Shown: positions 11,619 through 23,740 of the stretch, one piece after another
Layout: every line of letters begins with the position of its first letter
How positions within the stretch are numbered: the stretch's first letter is position 1
Position numbers and translations under genes: made by a program
The notes under the pieces: generated by a model
Databases searched by the model: none
What the model saw: only the letters and a program-made list of their open reading frames with translations
Told to the model about the DNA's origin: nothing
From: Octopus sinensis
Lineage: Eukaryota
DNA: 64,000 bases
Direction: 5' to 3'
Assembly (NCBI RefSeq): GCF_006345805.1
Contig: NC_042999.1
Coordinates: 68,634,001 to 68,698,000 of the forward strand

Positions 11619-13101
11619 GTGCTAAAAACAAGATAATATGTATTAACACTTTACCCGTCCCAGTTATAAGTTACAGCTACAATATCCTTAACTGGACACT
11701 AAATGAACTAACCAAAATAGATAGGAAAACAAGAAAAATAATGACAGGATCTAGGATGCATCACCCAAAATCTGACATAGAAAGGCTATATATACAACGT
11801 ATAGAAGGTGGTAGAGGCCTTATACAGCTGGAAAACTATTATAAAATAACCACCACAGGACTGCAAAAATATCTACTTCAGAAGCAAGGAAAACTGTTAC
11901 AAATAGCGGCAAAACACGAGCAAAACAAAAAAACTGTTCTCAGTATCTAAGGAAGCTGACAAATACAAGCAAGAAATCATACCACCTAACAAATATGAAG
12001 AAGAAGAAGAAGAAGAAGAAGAAGAAGAAGAAGAAGAAGAAGAAGAAGAAGAAGAAGAAGAAGAAGAAGAAGAAGAAGAAGAAGAAGAAGAAGAAGAAGA
12101 AGAAGAATAAAAAGAAAAAGAAGAAGAAGAAGAAGAAGAAGAAGAAGAAGAAGAAGAAGAAGAAGAAAGAAGAAGAAGAAGAAGAAGAAGAAACAACAAA
12201 AGCTATGAAACAAATGAAATCCAAACTAAAACTAGAACAGCAACGGACCATGATAAAACGATGGCTAGAAAAGCCCCTTCATGGCAAATACTAAATGCAA
12301 AAGAAATAGACAAAGAAAAATCCCAGAAATGGTTGAGAAGCTCAGGACTCAAAGCAGGGACGGAGGGATTTTTAATTGCAGCACAAGACCAAAGCCTCCC
12401 CACCAGAAATTACCAAAAACATATAATGAAAAGAAACATAACAAGTAACTGCAGGATATGTGGAGATGGACAAGAAACAATAAATCATATTATCTCTGGC
12501 TGCCCAGTCCTGGCTAAGAAGGAATATATTCACAGAAACGACAGAGTTGGGACCTACATACACTGGAAGCTATGTCAACACTATGGAATAACAACAGAAA
12601 AAAGATGGTATAGGTACACACCAGAAAAGGTCACAGTAAACGAGAAAGCAACCATACTCTGGGATATGCCAATACACACAGATAGAGAAATTAAGGCCAA
12701 TAGGCTAGATGTAGTTGTCAGAGATGATGAAGAAAAAAATGCTTTCTAATTGATGTATCAATACCAGCAGACGACAACGTGTCTCTAAAAGAAATGGAGA
12801 AACTTTCAAAATGCAAAGACCTGGAAATAGAGATAGCTCGAATGTAGAATCTAAAAACAGAAACAATTCCTATCATAGGCGCATTAGGTATGATAAAAAA
12901 TATTCAGACAAATGCATAACAAAAACACCAGGACTTACAAACAAATATAACATACAGAAAATTGCACTATTGGGCACTGCACACATCCTACGCAAAACAC
13001 TTTCAATAAATCAGAGCATCACAACAAATCACAGCACATACCCAAGGCACACAGAGCTGCGCTCGGTAGTGAAGTGAAAGCACGCTATAAAAATAAAACT
13101 A

Positions 13102-13105
<4 letters not shown>
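11619..13105 (+). mobile_element. 5'-truncated RLE-type (R4/Dong-like) LINE with (AAT)n tail
   Basis: HHPKSDIERLY...GGRGL; TEGFLIAAQDQSL; zinc knuckle CRICGDGQETINHIISGCP; WDMPIHTDREIKANRLDVV; IQKIALLGTAHILRK. Ends in (AAT)n at 13106-13175. Dong-type elements are known to target TAA repeats. Confidence 0.9.
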
Positions 13106-13157
<52 letters not shown>

Positions 13158-13175
13158 TAATAATAATAATAATAG

Positions 13176-13270
13176 TAATTTTTTTATTAGCCACAGAGGT
13201 ATAGATGAGGAGGAGATCACAATGACCGGCAACAATTTGTGCGAAGATTTACATGAGGAGAAAGGACAGT
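13176..13270 (-). mobile_element. Very short Tx1-like 3' end
   Basis: Minus strand ...cctctgtggctaataaaaaa followed by (ATT)n. Confidence 0.4.
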
Positions 13271-13314
13271 GAAATGCAGGCGTGGCTATAGGTGCAAGCG
13301 TGGCTATAGGCGCA

Positions 13315-13710
13315 AGCGTGGCTCTGTGGTAAGAAGCTTGCTTCCAAATCAGATGGTTTGGCGTTCAGTCCCTTTGCATGGCACCTTGGGTAAGTGTCTG
13401 CTAATATAGCTTCGCGCCGACAATAGCCTTGTGAGTGGATTTGTTAGACGGAAGCTGAAAGAAGCCCGTCGTATATATATATGCATACATATGCGTGTGT
13501 GTGTATTTGTGTGTTTGTGTCTATATTTGTCCCTCAACATCGCTTGACAATCGATGTTGGTGTGTTTACGTCCCCGTAACTAGCAGTTCGGCAAAAGATC
13601 TCGATAGAATAAGTACCAATCTTACAAAGAATAAGTGCAGGGGTCGATTTGTTCAACCTAAAAGGCAGAGCACCAGCATGGCCACAGTTAAAATGACTGA
13701 AACAAGTAAA
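13315..13710 (+). mobile_element. SINE group B, near full length
   Basis: Head gcgtggctctgtggtaag; central microsatellite; tail ccagcatggccacagttaaaatgactgaaacaag. Confidence 0.9.
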
Positions 13711-13859
13711 AGAATTGTGCGCAAAGTTTATGATTTCATGAGTGATGCAGTCCTCCTGATACAGGAAAAATTCCACCAAGGTCCAATTAAGAAGCCCTAC
13801 ATATCCTGGATTAAGCTGACCCCCAAAGGTACGTGCCTTCGCTCCTGATCTCCAATCTA

Positions 13860-14140
13860 CAGGCGCATAGATTTCGCACTAACCATTCGCTCTAACCATT
13901 TTGGCACTAACCATTCGCTCTAACCATTTTGGCACTAACCATTCGCTCTAACCATTTTGGCACTAACCATTCGCTCTAACCATTTTGTCACAGTCACCCA
14001 TCTTTTCACAAATTCATTTCCAAGTGGAACTTAAAAACGTCGATGAGAGCTTGATCGAAGAGGAAGGTTTGTTTCGTCAATCGTCTCATCTTCGTCCATC
14101 ACACGGCGTCTTTCGCCGTAGCCGCAGAGATGAGGATGAC
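13860..14140 (-). mobile_element. Tx1-like ORF2 C-terminal fragment with a 28-bp x4 tandem repeat (13876-13987)
   Basis: Minus strand ATAKDAVWWTKMRRL...FKFHLE...KRWVTVTK resembles the ORF2 end at about 55400-55570. Repeat unit gcactaaccattcgctctaaccattttg. Confidence 0.65.
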
Positions 14141-14454
14141 GAAGAAAGAAAAAAACAAAACAAAACAGAACAACAAGAACAAGGAACAGATTCAGAAGAA
14201 TTTCTATACAATTCAAGTCTATCATACAGTTCACATATAACATCCGGAGAGACAAAAACATTGACCTAAAACTAACATTAAATCCCAACAGACTGACTAT
14301 TTTTAGAAAAAAGATATATTTTCTATATCAGAGAGTAAGAAAAAGACAAAAAAGAAAAAGAGAAAAAAGGAGAAAAAGGAGACAGTAACATAGACGAATG
14401 AACGTTGAAATAGAAAGAATACATGGCAAAAATACAAACAATGAACAATTTATT

Positions 14455-14816
14455 TGTTGGCACTCCGTCGCTTACGACGATGAGGGTTTCAGTTGATCGG
14501 ATCAACAGAACAGCCCGCTCGTGAAATTAACGTGCAAGTGTCTGAGCACTCTACAGACACATGTATATTGAGCGTGAGACAGAGTGTGACAAGGCTGGCC
14601 CTTTGAATTATAGGCACGAAAGAAACAAGAAGTAAGAGTGAGAGAAAGTTGTGGTGAAAGAGTACAGCAGGGTTCGCCGCCACACCCTGCCGGAGCCTCG
14701 CGGAGCTTTAGATGTTTTCGCTTAATAAACACTCACAACGCCCGGTCTGGGAATCGAAACCGCGATCCTATATCCGCGAGTCCGCTGCCCTAACCACTGG
14801 GCCATTGCGCCTCCAC
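14455..14816 (-). mobile_element. tRNA-derived SINE group C/D
   Basis: Head gtggaggcgcaatggcccagtggttagggcagcggactcgcgg...ggtttcgattccc; tail ...aaccctcatcgtcgtaagcgacggagtgcca. Confidence 0.9.
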
Positions 14817-14848
14817 AAACAATGAACAATAACCATACGATAAAAATA

Positions 14849-14902
<54 letters not shown>

Positions 14903-14914
14903 ATAGATATTGGT

Positions 14915-15111
14915 TTAAAATTTCGGCTCAAGAGCAGCTATTTCGGAGAAGTTAATTACGTTTGGCATTTTTTTTTATAGGTCCCGAAAGGATAAATTGG
15001 AAAAAAAAAAATCGAACTCGGTGGAATTTGAACTTAAAAAGTAATGACTGACAAAGTATAGGCAAACATTTTAGACCGGCGTGCTACCGATTCTGCCAAC
15101 CCGCCGCCTTG
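14915..15111 (-). mobile_element. SINE group A, diverged
   Basis: Reverse complement of the A head (ctgccaacccgccgcc) and core. Confidence 0.75.
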
Positions 15112-15231
15112 AGAACATTTTAGATACTGAGAAATTTACATTATGAAGTAATAGCTTGTATATGTATGAGAAAATATTGTGTCTCAGGACGGTCATTATA
15201 CCAGTAATAAACACGTGCACTGGCTCTATTT

Positions 15232-15394
15232 CCCTGGCAGAATCGTTAGCACACCGGGTAAAAATGTGCCGAGGTCGACTTTACCTTTCTTCTTTATCAG
15301 GTCGATAAAATAAGTATCAGTGAAGTACTGGGGTCGATGTAATTGAACTATCTGCAGCCCCGAAATTTCAAGCCTTGTACCTGTAACAGAAAGA

Positions 15395-15397
<3 letters not shown>
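15232..15397 (+). mobile_element. SINE group A with internal deletion
   Basis: ctggcagaatcgttagcac...ccgaggtcgactttacc. Confidence 0.8.
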
Positions 15398-15427
<30 letters not shown>

Positions 15428-15429
15428 TA

Positions 15430-15846
15430 ATTCGTTTATTGGCTACAAAGGCTAACAAAAATCAATTAAAACATGTAGGGACAAAATACACGACGAAAGT
15501 TACAAAAAGGTTTTGTCCGTTGAAAAAATGTCCGTGTAAAAAATGTGAAATAACAACGAAATTATGTAACAATTAAAGCTCACAATAGGGGGAGGCGCTT
15601 CGAAAGGTTACTCGTGGAAAAACCCATAAAAGCTACGGGAGCCTGGTCAAAAATGCGGTAGAGAGCCCCTTTCTCCTGTTGTAATACCTTTTTATATCAC
15701 AGGTGTATCCTCAGAATTGGTCCGTTCATATTGGCCATTCTTCCGACATTCACCCACCATTCAATAAACTTGCTACGAGACAGCACTTCCCTCTCTACTC
15801 TCATCTTCCTTTGCAAGTGAAACTTGAAAAAGTTGATGAGGCCTTG
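15430..15846 (-). mobile_element. 3' end of a Tx1-like LINE (ORF2 C-terminus plus 3' UTR)
   Basis: LINFFKFHLQRKMRVEREVLSRSKFIEWWVNVGRM* is homologous to the ORF2 end of the 54976-57510 LINE; ends ...gccaataaa. Confidence 0.8.
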
Positions 15847-15880
<34 letters not shown>

Positions 15881-16169
15881 GTCAATAAGGTAATTGTTTA
15901 TCCAAATTAATTCATCGATTATTTGATTAACCGTTCGTTTAATCAATCAATCAGTTAGCTAGGTCTGTCAAAGTCCATTGATCGTGAAAGGCAGCCTCAT
16001 CGATGACATTACTCCAACACCGCAGGTTAGCTCCAGGTCTTCTACTTAAGAGAAAAAACTTAACTAACACAACACAACAGAATCGGAAATAAAATAGATT
16101 ATGAAAAAAAACTTGAGAAAAAGATTCTAAAATATACAATCTGAATATGAAAACAGGTGGGAATAGTTT

Positions 16170-16378
16170 ATCATTATCTGGTCGAGCTTGTTCAAACATG
16201 TCTAACTTGCACACCCATCCATCTCGGTTCTGTACTTCAATAGGGAGGTCTTCAGAGAGGCAACCAGAGTCTCTGGTGAGGTGATCTACATACGTTGTTT
16301 TCGGACGACCTGTTGGACTGCATACGTTGTGTTCGAAAATAGTTAAGCTACTTAAATTAGGTTTCCTATGGGCCGGCC
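16170..16378 (-). mobile_element. RTE-like LINE 3' coding fragment
   Basis: GRPKTTYVDHLTRDSGCLSEDLPIEVQNRDGW resembles the RTE C-terminal GRP...D...DR..W motif. Confidence 0.55.
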
Positions 16379-16719
16379 AAAAAAAAAAAAAAAAGAAAAA
16401 AGAACTATCAGAAACGAGTAACAAAACTCAGGATTGTCTCAGAAGAGCAAGACCCGACGTTAAGTACAGTTATTTTTTATTTATATTTATGGCGGCAGAG
16501 GTGCAAAACCATCCACACACAACAACTTGAATAAATAAATAAACAGATAAATACACACACGTACTGTTTCCATGTATATTGTATGCATCGTTTCTTTTCT
16601 CTTTCGGTGGACTAACAAACATACACGTCATTAATAGAAAGGTGTGTGCTTTGTAATGTCATGTCTAAACTTCTAAATCAGCGTTCAGTGCACTAGGTAA
16701 GCTTTCACAACAAATTTAC

Positions 16720-16952
16720 TTTTTTATTGCCCTCAGGGGGGCTAAACAGAGAGGAGACAAACAAGGCCAGACAAAGGGATTTAGTCGATTACATTGACCC
16801 CAGTGCATAACTGGTACTTATTTAATCGGCCCCGAAAGGATGAAAGGCAAAGTTGACCTCGGCGGAATTTGAACTCAGAACGTAATGGCAGACGAAATGC
16901 CGCTAAGTATTTTGCCCAGTGTGCTAACGATTCTGCCAAAATTGCCGCCTTC
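16720..16952 (-). mobile_element. SINE group A with Tx1-like long tail (variant)
   Basis: A core plus tail ...gtttagcccccctgagggcaataaaaa. Confidence 0.85.
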
Positions 16953-17014
16953 CATTGTAACGTCATATTAGGTAAGAGTTTGAATGTTGTCAAATACGCA
17001 AGAAAATTCTTCTT

Positions 17015-17455
17015 ACTATAGGTTCAATGCCTTAAATTGGCGAGTGGGGACTCGATTACATCAACCCAATGCTCAACTGGTACTTATTTTTCGAGCCTGA
17101 AAGGAAGAAAACCAAAGTTGATCTCCGTGGAATTTGAACTCAGAACGTAAAGTCCGAAGAAATACCTATTTCTTTACTACCCACAAGGGGCTAAACACAG
17201 ACGGGACAAACAAGGACAGACAAACGGATTAACTTGATTATATCGACCCCAGTGCGTAACTGGTATTTATTTATCGACCCCGAAAGGATGAAAGGCAAAG
17301 TCGACCTCGGCGGAATTTGAACTCAGAACGTAACGGCAGACGAAATACGGCTAAGCATTTCGCCCGGCGTGCTAACGATTCTGCCAGCTCACCGAAGAAA
17401 TACCGCTAAGCATTTTGTTCGGCATGCTAACGACTCTGCCAGTTCATTACCTTTA
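17015..17455 (-). mobile_element. Nested SINE A: a 225-bp tailed copy (17167-17391) inside an older copy, 13-bp TSD
   Basis: ccgaagaaatacc at 17154-17166 and 17392-17404. Confidence 0.9.
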
Positions 17456-17464
17456 TTTCATAGT

Positions 17465-17655
17465 TTGGCACAAGGCCAGCAGTTTAAGGAAAAGCAAGTC
17501 GAATACATCAGTCTCAGTGCCCAATTGGTTCTTATTTTATCGACCCCGGAGGAAAGAAAGGCAAAGTCGATCTCAAAGGAATTTGAACTTAGAACGTGAA
17601 GCCGAAGTAAAGCCGCTAAATGTTTTGTCCAATGTGCCAAGATCCTCGCTGCTTT
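17465..17655 (-). mobile_element. SINE group A, diverged
   Basis: aaggcaaagtcgatctcaaaggaatttgaacttagaacg. Confidence 0.8.
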
Positions 17656-18589
17656 GAAAAGAAATATAGTAACAGACACCGGTTTCCTTCTATTAAGTAC
17701 ACACGCTGACATGCGCAATATGGTGATAGAAAAAGAATATTGCCAAATATGTTGCTACATATGTGAAGAATGATTCCCATTATTTCGTTTCGCCTATTTT
17801 GTATTTTCTTTATTTTGTTGTTGTTGTTGTTGTTTGCTTTCTCTGTCTTTTCTTTCCTCTAGGGAATAGTTTCGGTTTAAGGAGGAAAAAGGAAGATGCT
17901 TGCTAAGTGAAGAGCGCGTTAATGTTTAAGAAGACATTTGGCAGTTCGTAGCTGTCAACTTCTTGCCGCTTGTTCATTTGTATTTTTCCTCTATATTGTT
18001 TGCACTTCGTTATATACTAATTAAGAAAGCTAATTAAATTTCATGATATTTGAGTTTGGTTCAATTAGTTGCGATGTTTCCACTACGAAATCGATGATCG
18101 TAAACTCTATTCACGCCAAATGAAAAAAAAAAAAATTAGAAAGAAAGAAAAAGAAAATCAATCTATCAAGCCGATTGTGTGTCCTAATATATTTGCTTCA
18201 CAGATACACGTAATGCAATTTATATTGCCGGGTAAAGTACCAGTGAAGTACTGGAAATAACTATAATTGACAATATCTTGACACCCATTAAAGAATTTGA
18301 GGCCTAGTACCTTTATTAGAAATCAATATTAACTGTAAATCTCTCTCACTTCAAAGTCTTAAATAAGGAAATAACACTGTCCATCTTCGCCATCATCATC
18401 ATCATCATCATCATCATCATTATCATTGTCATCATCGACATCGTCGTCGTCATCGTCATTATCACCATCATCATCATTACAAGTATCCTCGTGTCAGCAG
18501 AAATGACGGTAGTTTTTATTAAACGGAATGACCCAATGCGACTTTCAGTGTAATGACATTTTGATAGTGATAGCAAAAGTAGGCATTAT

Positions 18590-18960
18590 TACTCTTTTAT
18601 TTCTGCATCATTCCTGACCTTGCTGCTTGTTTGTTTGATGAGCGAAGCGGTCTTCGTCCCAGAGTGGGAGAAGTCCAAAACGTGGTCCTTTGCTATTCGT
18701 AAGACCCGCAGAAGGGTGCAGGTCAACCCCCGACACCGAGAGCATTGACGGATGGATGAATGTGCATCCAGGATCAGCGGTTGCGCAGGAAGTCGGGGAT
18801 AAGAAACAGGAAGAAAGAGTGAGAGAAAGTTGGAGCGAAAAGGTACAACAGGAGCCTCGTGGAGCTCAGGTGTTTTCACTCAATAAACACACACAATCGA
18901 AACCGCGATCCTCCGACCGCAAGTCCACTGCCTTAACCACTGGGCCATTGCGCCTCCACT
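18590..18960 (-). mobile_element. SINE group C/D head with an alternative 3' region
   Basis: Same head as the 14455 and 26308 copies but a different tail. Confidence 0.75.
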
Positions 18961-19309
18961 GACCTTGCTGCTGTGTTAAAACTATTATTACTAATCCGGT
19001 AGTTTTACTTTTTATGTGATTTTGTTGCACAAGCGAATACAATCGTGCGCATCCTTTATTCATGCTGCAGTGCCTTTTCTCTGGTGATGGATAGGTTTAA
19101 ATTTCTTAGTTGTAATCCAAGAATAGTTCGCAATATACGTGAAGTAGTGTTTAGGTTTTGCATGTTTTAAATAAGTGTTACCGTGCTGGTTATGTCCTCA
19201 TCGGCATCTTTTGTCAGCATTCTCAAAATATCTATTATTATGAGGGATTGCTTCCACTTTTAATCCTCATATTCTGGTTATCTCTATATCTTTATACTTT
19301 TCGATATGT

Positions 19310-19608
19310 GAAGGCACATGGCTCAGTGGTTAGAGCGTCGAGCTTACAATCGTTTGGTTGTGAGTTCGAATCCCGGACCGGGCTGCGTGTTGTGTTTACT
19401 CAGCTGTAGAAATGAGTTGTAAAATCACATGTGCCAACTGTATCGGCTGTTGCCTTTCCCTTGGATAACATTGGTGGCGTGGAGAGGGGAGGCCGGTATG
19501 CATGGGCCACTGCTGGTCTTCCATAAAAAACCTTGCCCGGAATTGTGCCTGGGAGGGTAACTTTCTAGGTGCAATCCCACGGTCAGTCATGACCAAAGGG
19601 GGTCTCAA
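19310..19608 (+). mobile_element. tRNA-derived SINE group C variant
   Basis: gaaggcacatggctcagtggttagagcgtcg...gagttcgaatcccgg (A and B boxes). Confidence 0.8.
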
Positions 19609-19609
19609 A

Positions 19610-19900
19610 ACTTTTCGATAGGCTTTTAGTTTCACATCGAGTTATAGATTTGTCTGTTAGCATTAATAGATCTTTTAGGAGATATTTAATTTTCTGATGG
19701 CTTTTGACAATATCTAATTAATTTTCCTTAATTTCCTGTCTAAATGAATTGGGATGTCACGCAGAAAATATAGCCACATAGTCAGTCTCTGATGTTTTCA
19801 GGTGTATGTTTGTACAATATTCTTTCTGTCGGAATCACACAATTCTTGGATTATTTCCAGTGTATGGTAGCTTCTATTAACTAGTCTTCTGTATGTGAAG
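19610..19900 (-). mobile_element. Degraded RLE-type LINE fragment
   Basis: HW...IPTERILYKHTPE...DIPIHLDREIK, similar to the region near 12560-12720. Confidence 0.55.
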
Positions 19901-20009
19901 CCTATCTGTACAGATCAGAAAACTGTGGCCTGTGTAGCCGAGAATTTGAACTGAGGAAATCTAGGTTATCTCCATCAAATAATTTTACAGAATATTTTAT
20001 CTTGATGCG

Positions 20010-20410
20010 ATCTGGGCGGCAGTTGAACATTCGAGAAATCCAGTCGGTACCTGTCAGACAGTTGGAAAATTCTGAGCAGATTTGCGAGATTTTGTATTCC
20101 TTCTCCTATCTGAATGTGGTCTACGAGAGGAGTGTCTGTCATTCCAGTAGTTATAGGGGCACTCGGAGTACTAATAAGAAAAATCGGAATTGACATGAGA
20201 GCAGAGCAAGCCCAAATGACTGCGCTGCTGGGGACAGCTAGGATTTTGAGAGTGGTATTTGGATGTTGAATGTCTCCGACGATAATTAACAACCAAGTAT
20301 CAAAGCTTATAGTGTGTGGAAAGAGAACCTGTAAGACCTCTAATAGCAGACTACTGTCCACTCTCACAGAATTTACCAGAACAAACAAGAGCGAATGTTC
20401 TGAGAAGTAA
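20010..20410 (+). mobile_element. RLE-type LINE 3' end with (AAT)n tail
   Basis: IPVVIGALG...QMTALLGTARILR followed by a 3' UTR and (AAT)n. Confidence 0.7.
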
Positions 20411-20432
20411 AACGATAATAATAATAATAATG

Positions 20433-20463
<31 letters not shown>

Positions 20464-20529
20464 CAATAACAACAACACCAACAACAACAACAACAATAAT
20501 AATAATAGACCTTAACTCATTGAAAGTGA

Positions 20530-20987
20530 TATCATGCACATTGTTTTGTCTTGATATAAAACATGGTCTACAGTAAATATTCTGCTCAATAACACAGATT
20601 TATTTGTCAGTTGTTTGACCTTAACCACTTGAGCATGTCCTTAGTGGCTGACAATATGTGCATCTCTGATCACGAGCAGAAGTAGTGGGGGAGCATCATA
20701 GCCATGTGTTGAGAGGGATACTTTGGGGTTTGGATAATTCACCTTTGGAAACATCCTTAAACAACTCTTATTCAGGGAGCTTTTGAGCAGGATGGGCTGC
20801 TCAACCTGAAGAAAATTCTAATTGGACCCCGCCTGCAAGGTCATGCGCTGTTTATCTTGATATGTGATTACCATGTGATGCATGTACCTGGTATACCCTT
20901 ATCAGACAGATTGTCATGATGAGTATACTTGGCTTCGTTTGTTTTACTCCAGTGTCACTTTGATGGCATGCACTGCTCTCTCACTCA

Positions 20988-20988
<1 letters not shown>
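20530..20988 (+). mobile_element. Unclassified retroelement 3' region ending in (AAT)n
   Basis: Non-coding sequence between (AAT)n tracts with an abrupt tail. Recalled as an abundant octopus repeat, not verified. Confidence 0.35.
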
Positions 20989-21035
<47 letters not shown>

Positions 21036-21064
21036 GTAATAAAAATAATAATAATAATAATAAT

Positions 21065-21220
21065 TTTGGCACATGGTCAGTAATTTCAGGCGAAGGGTAA
21101 GTCGATTACATCGACTTTAATTCTCAGCTGGTACTTCATTTTATTGACCCCGAAAGGAAGAAAAGCAAAGTCTACCGCGGCAGAATTTGAACTCAGAACG
21201 TAACGACGGACGAAATACTT
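21065..21220 (-). mobile_element. SINE group A, 5'-truncated
   Basis: aagtcgattacatcgac...gaatttgaactcagaacgtaacgacggacgaaatac. Confidence 0.8.
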
Positions 21221-21309
21221 ACTCCGGTGTGCTGCTCAAAGCGCACAAACAGGCAATATACCCGAGAAAAAATATCAGATGATCACGAAAGAATTGAAAG
21301 ATCGATCAT

Positions 21310-21563
21310 AGATCTATTCCAGTTTTTCAAAAAATTTTCGCTATGAACCTCTTTGATCCCTATTTTACTCAGGTGAACCCCTAAAAACATTCGATATATA
21401 TTTTTTTAAATCTTGTTATATTTTATAAAAAGAAATTGTTAAAATATTTTGTTCTTTTATAAAAGTAAAACCAATTTATTGCAGATAAATTTTAACAACA
21501 AAATTTTACGTGGAACCCCAACAAGGCCCAAATGGACTCTTGTTAAGAACCACTGATCTACTC
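21310..21563. mobile_element. Possible hAT-like MITE; a similar right end at 34222-34272
   Basis: Ends gttaagaaccactgatcta and gggaaccactgctcta resemble CAGTGGTTC-type TIRs; the left TIR is degenerate. Confidence 0.4.
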
Positions 21564-22606
21564 GAACAAAGTCGATTCGAAAGGCTAAACAACAATACCA
21601 GGAAGAATAAATAGCATAACCAAACCTTCCATTAAAAAAACCCACCCATAAATCAGCACAAAAAAAAAAAAACTGAAACTTGAAACCCACAGTTTTGTTC
21701 CCTTCGGCCTTCTTACTTACAAATCAAATTGGTTGGTCGCAATGTTATACGAGTCATTCTATCCAAACTAGTTTATTTCCATGCTTATTATTTTTTTTTC
21801 TTTCACAGCAGCGAGAAATAAAATTTACGGAAGAGTGAAGAAAAGTAAAGAGTAATATGTGTGTGAAGGGGTGGTGACGATATGGGTGGGTGTGGTAAAC
21901 AAAGTTTAAATTCAACTTTCAAACAAAAATTTATATAAAATAAAATCAACAAAAACAATAGAAAAACACACACACAAACACACAAGAAAAACTCAAACCA
22001 CAACCAGTGACCTGGAGAGACAGTTATGTGAGTTAACGTGAATTACTCAATTTTGACTATTAATATAAAACAATTTAGGCAGAGAATAACAACCATTGTT
22101 ATGTTTGGTTAAATCGAATGTGTCTTTTCATAGCAGCAATTTCTTCGATAATTTTGTCTTTTAAATTTAATTTTTTTCTATATTTTATAGTATTTTTTTT
22201 TAAGTATCATCTATTTATTTTTATATTTAACTTTGTACTTTTATTTTTCAATTTGCGATTTCTTCTCGAAGTAATTTGATAATTCGACAGCTTAATTAAT
22301 AATTTTCCTTGATGTTCATTATTATAATATGTGCACATGTGAGCGAGTGTGCGAATATTATTTATGTTTGCGTTTCAATGTCTTTGCGTTGTTATTTCTG
22401 TGCAAGTATGTGTGTGCAGGTGCGTTTCTGTGCATCAGTGTGCATTCCTCAATGGTTATGTAGCTGCATTTATGTGTGTGTGTATGTATATGCATGCATA
22501 TATGTGCCTGTGCACGTGCGTATGTGAGTGTGTGTGAATGTCTTATCTGAATTTCCAGATTAAATATCGATCTTTCAATTATTAAATTATTTCATTATAT
22601 ACATGC

Positions 22607-22659
<53 letters not shown>

Positions 22660-22708
22660 TGCGTGTGGCTATGTGTGCGTATATATATATATAATATATA
22701 TATATATA

Positions 22709-22744
<36 letters not shown>

Positions 22745-22768
22745 TGTGTGTATATGTGTTTGTGTATG

Positions 22769-22805
<37 letters not shown>

Positions 22806-23128
22806 TTATTGTATGTGTTTATGTGTTTCTATTTACGCGTGCATGTGTGTATTACATTTTATATATTTTTTATTTTTATGTTTGGCTCTTATTTATTAAA
22901 ATATCTTTTGCTTTGTTATTTCTACAGATCTTGAATTAATTTATTTCGAAAAAGATTAAATTGATGAAGGCAAAAAAAAAGAAAAAGAAGAAAAAAAACA
23001 CGACAAACAAACAAACCAAAAAAGAGCGAAAAATTAGAAAAAAAAATCAAAACAATAAAATTATACAAAAACAAATCAAAAACCACACAAAGGCCACACA
23101 TACATACATAAACACCGACAAACACACA

Positions 23129-23159
<31 letters not shown>

Positions 23160-23703
23160 TACACTTATACACTTAAAAAATACAGATACAAAAATAGAAA
23201 AATGACAATAATGATTTCTTGTCATTGAAGCGTTGTCTAGTCAAAGATGCTCAGCTTCACACTTCTTTTAACTGATTCAGAAAGAAAAGAAAGGAAAAAA
23301 ATGATAGTTGTTGAATTTATGGCCTTAATTACATGACACTGGAACTATTTTGGAGACCCATTAGCGGATAAGTACTGCGCCAGGTCAGAATACTTAGTAT
23401 CAAGGTGTTGGTTTATGTGGTTTAAATGTAGTTTCATTTCGGAAGAACTTTGTTGATATCTGTCTGCCAGTGTGTTCTGTTTGTTTGAGGGATATGCGTC
23501 AGTTAGTCGCCCTGTTTGTATGCCTGTGCATGTATCTGTGTGTGTTTGTATGTGTGCCTGAATGTGTGTTTGTGTATGTGTGTATGTGTGAGTGTGTGTG
23601 TGTGTGTCCGCGTCTGTGTGTCTCTGCTTATTTATCAATCAACCTACCTACCTACCTACCTACCTACCTACCTACCTACCTACCTACCTACCTACATACC
23701 TAC

Positions 23704-23740
<37 letters not shown>

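Noticed and set aside
16649-16702. Possible 59-nt exon with CTAAC branch point and tag|gtaagc donor
   Set aside because: Stops in all three frames and a weak polypyrimidine tract; at best non-coding and unsupported.
21790-21890. Strong acceptor tttttttttctttcacag on the + strand (also at 47570-47598)
   Set aside because: No convincing donor or recognisable peptide follows; pyrimidine runs ending in AG are common in this sequence.
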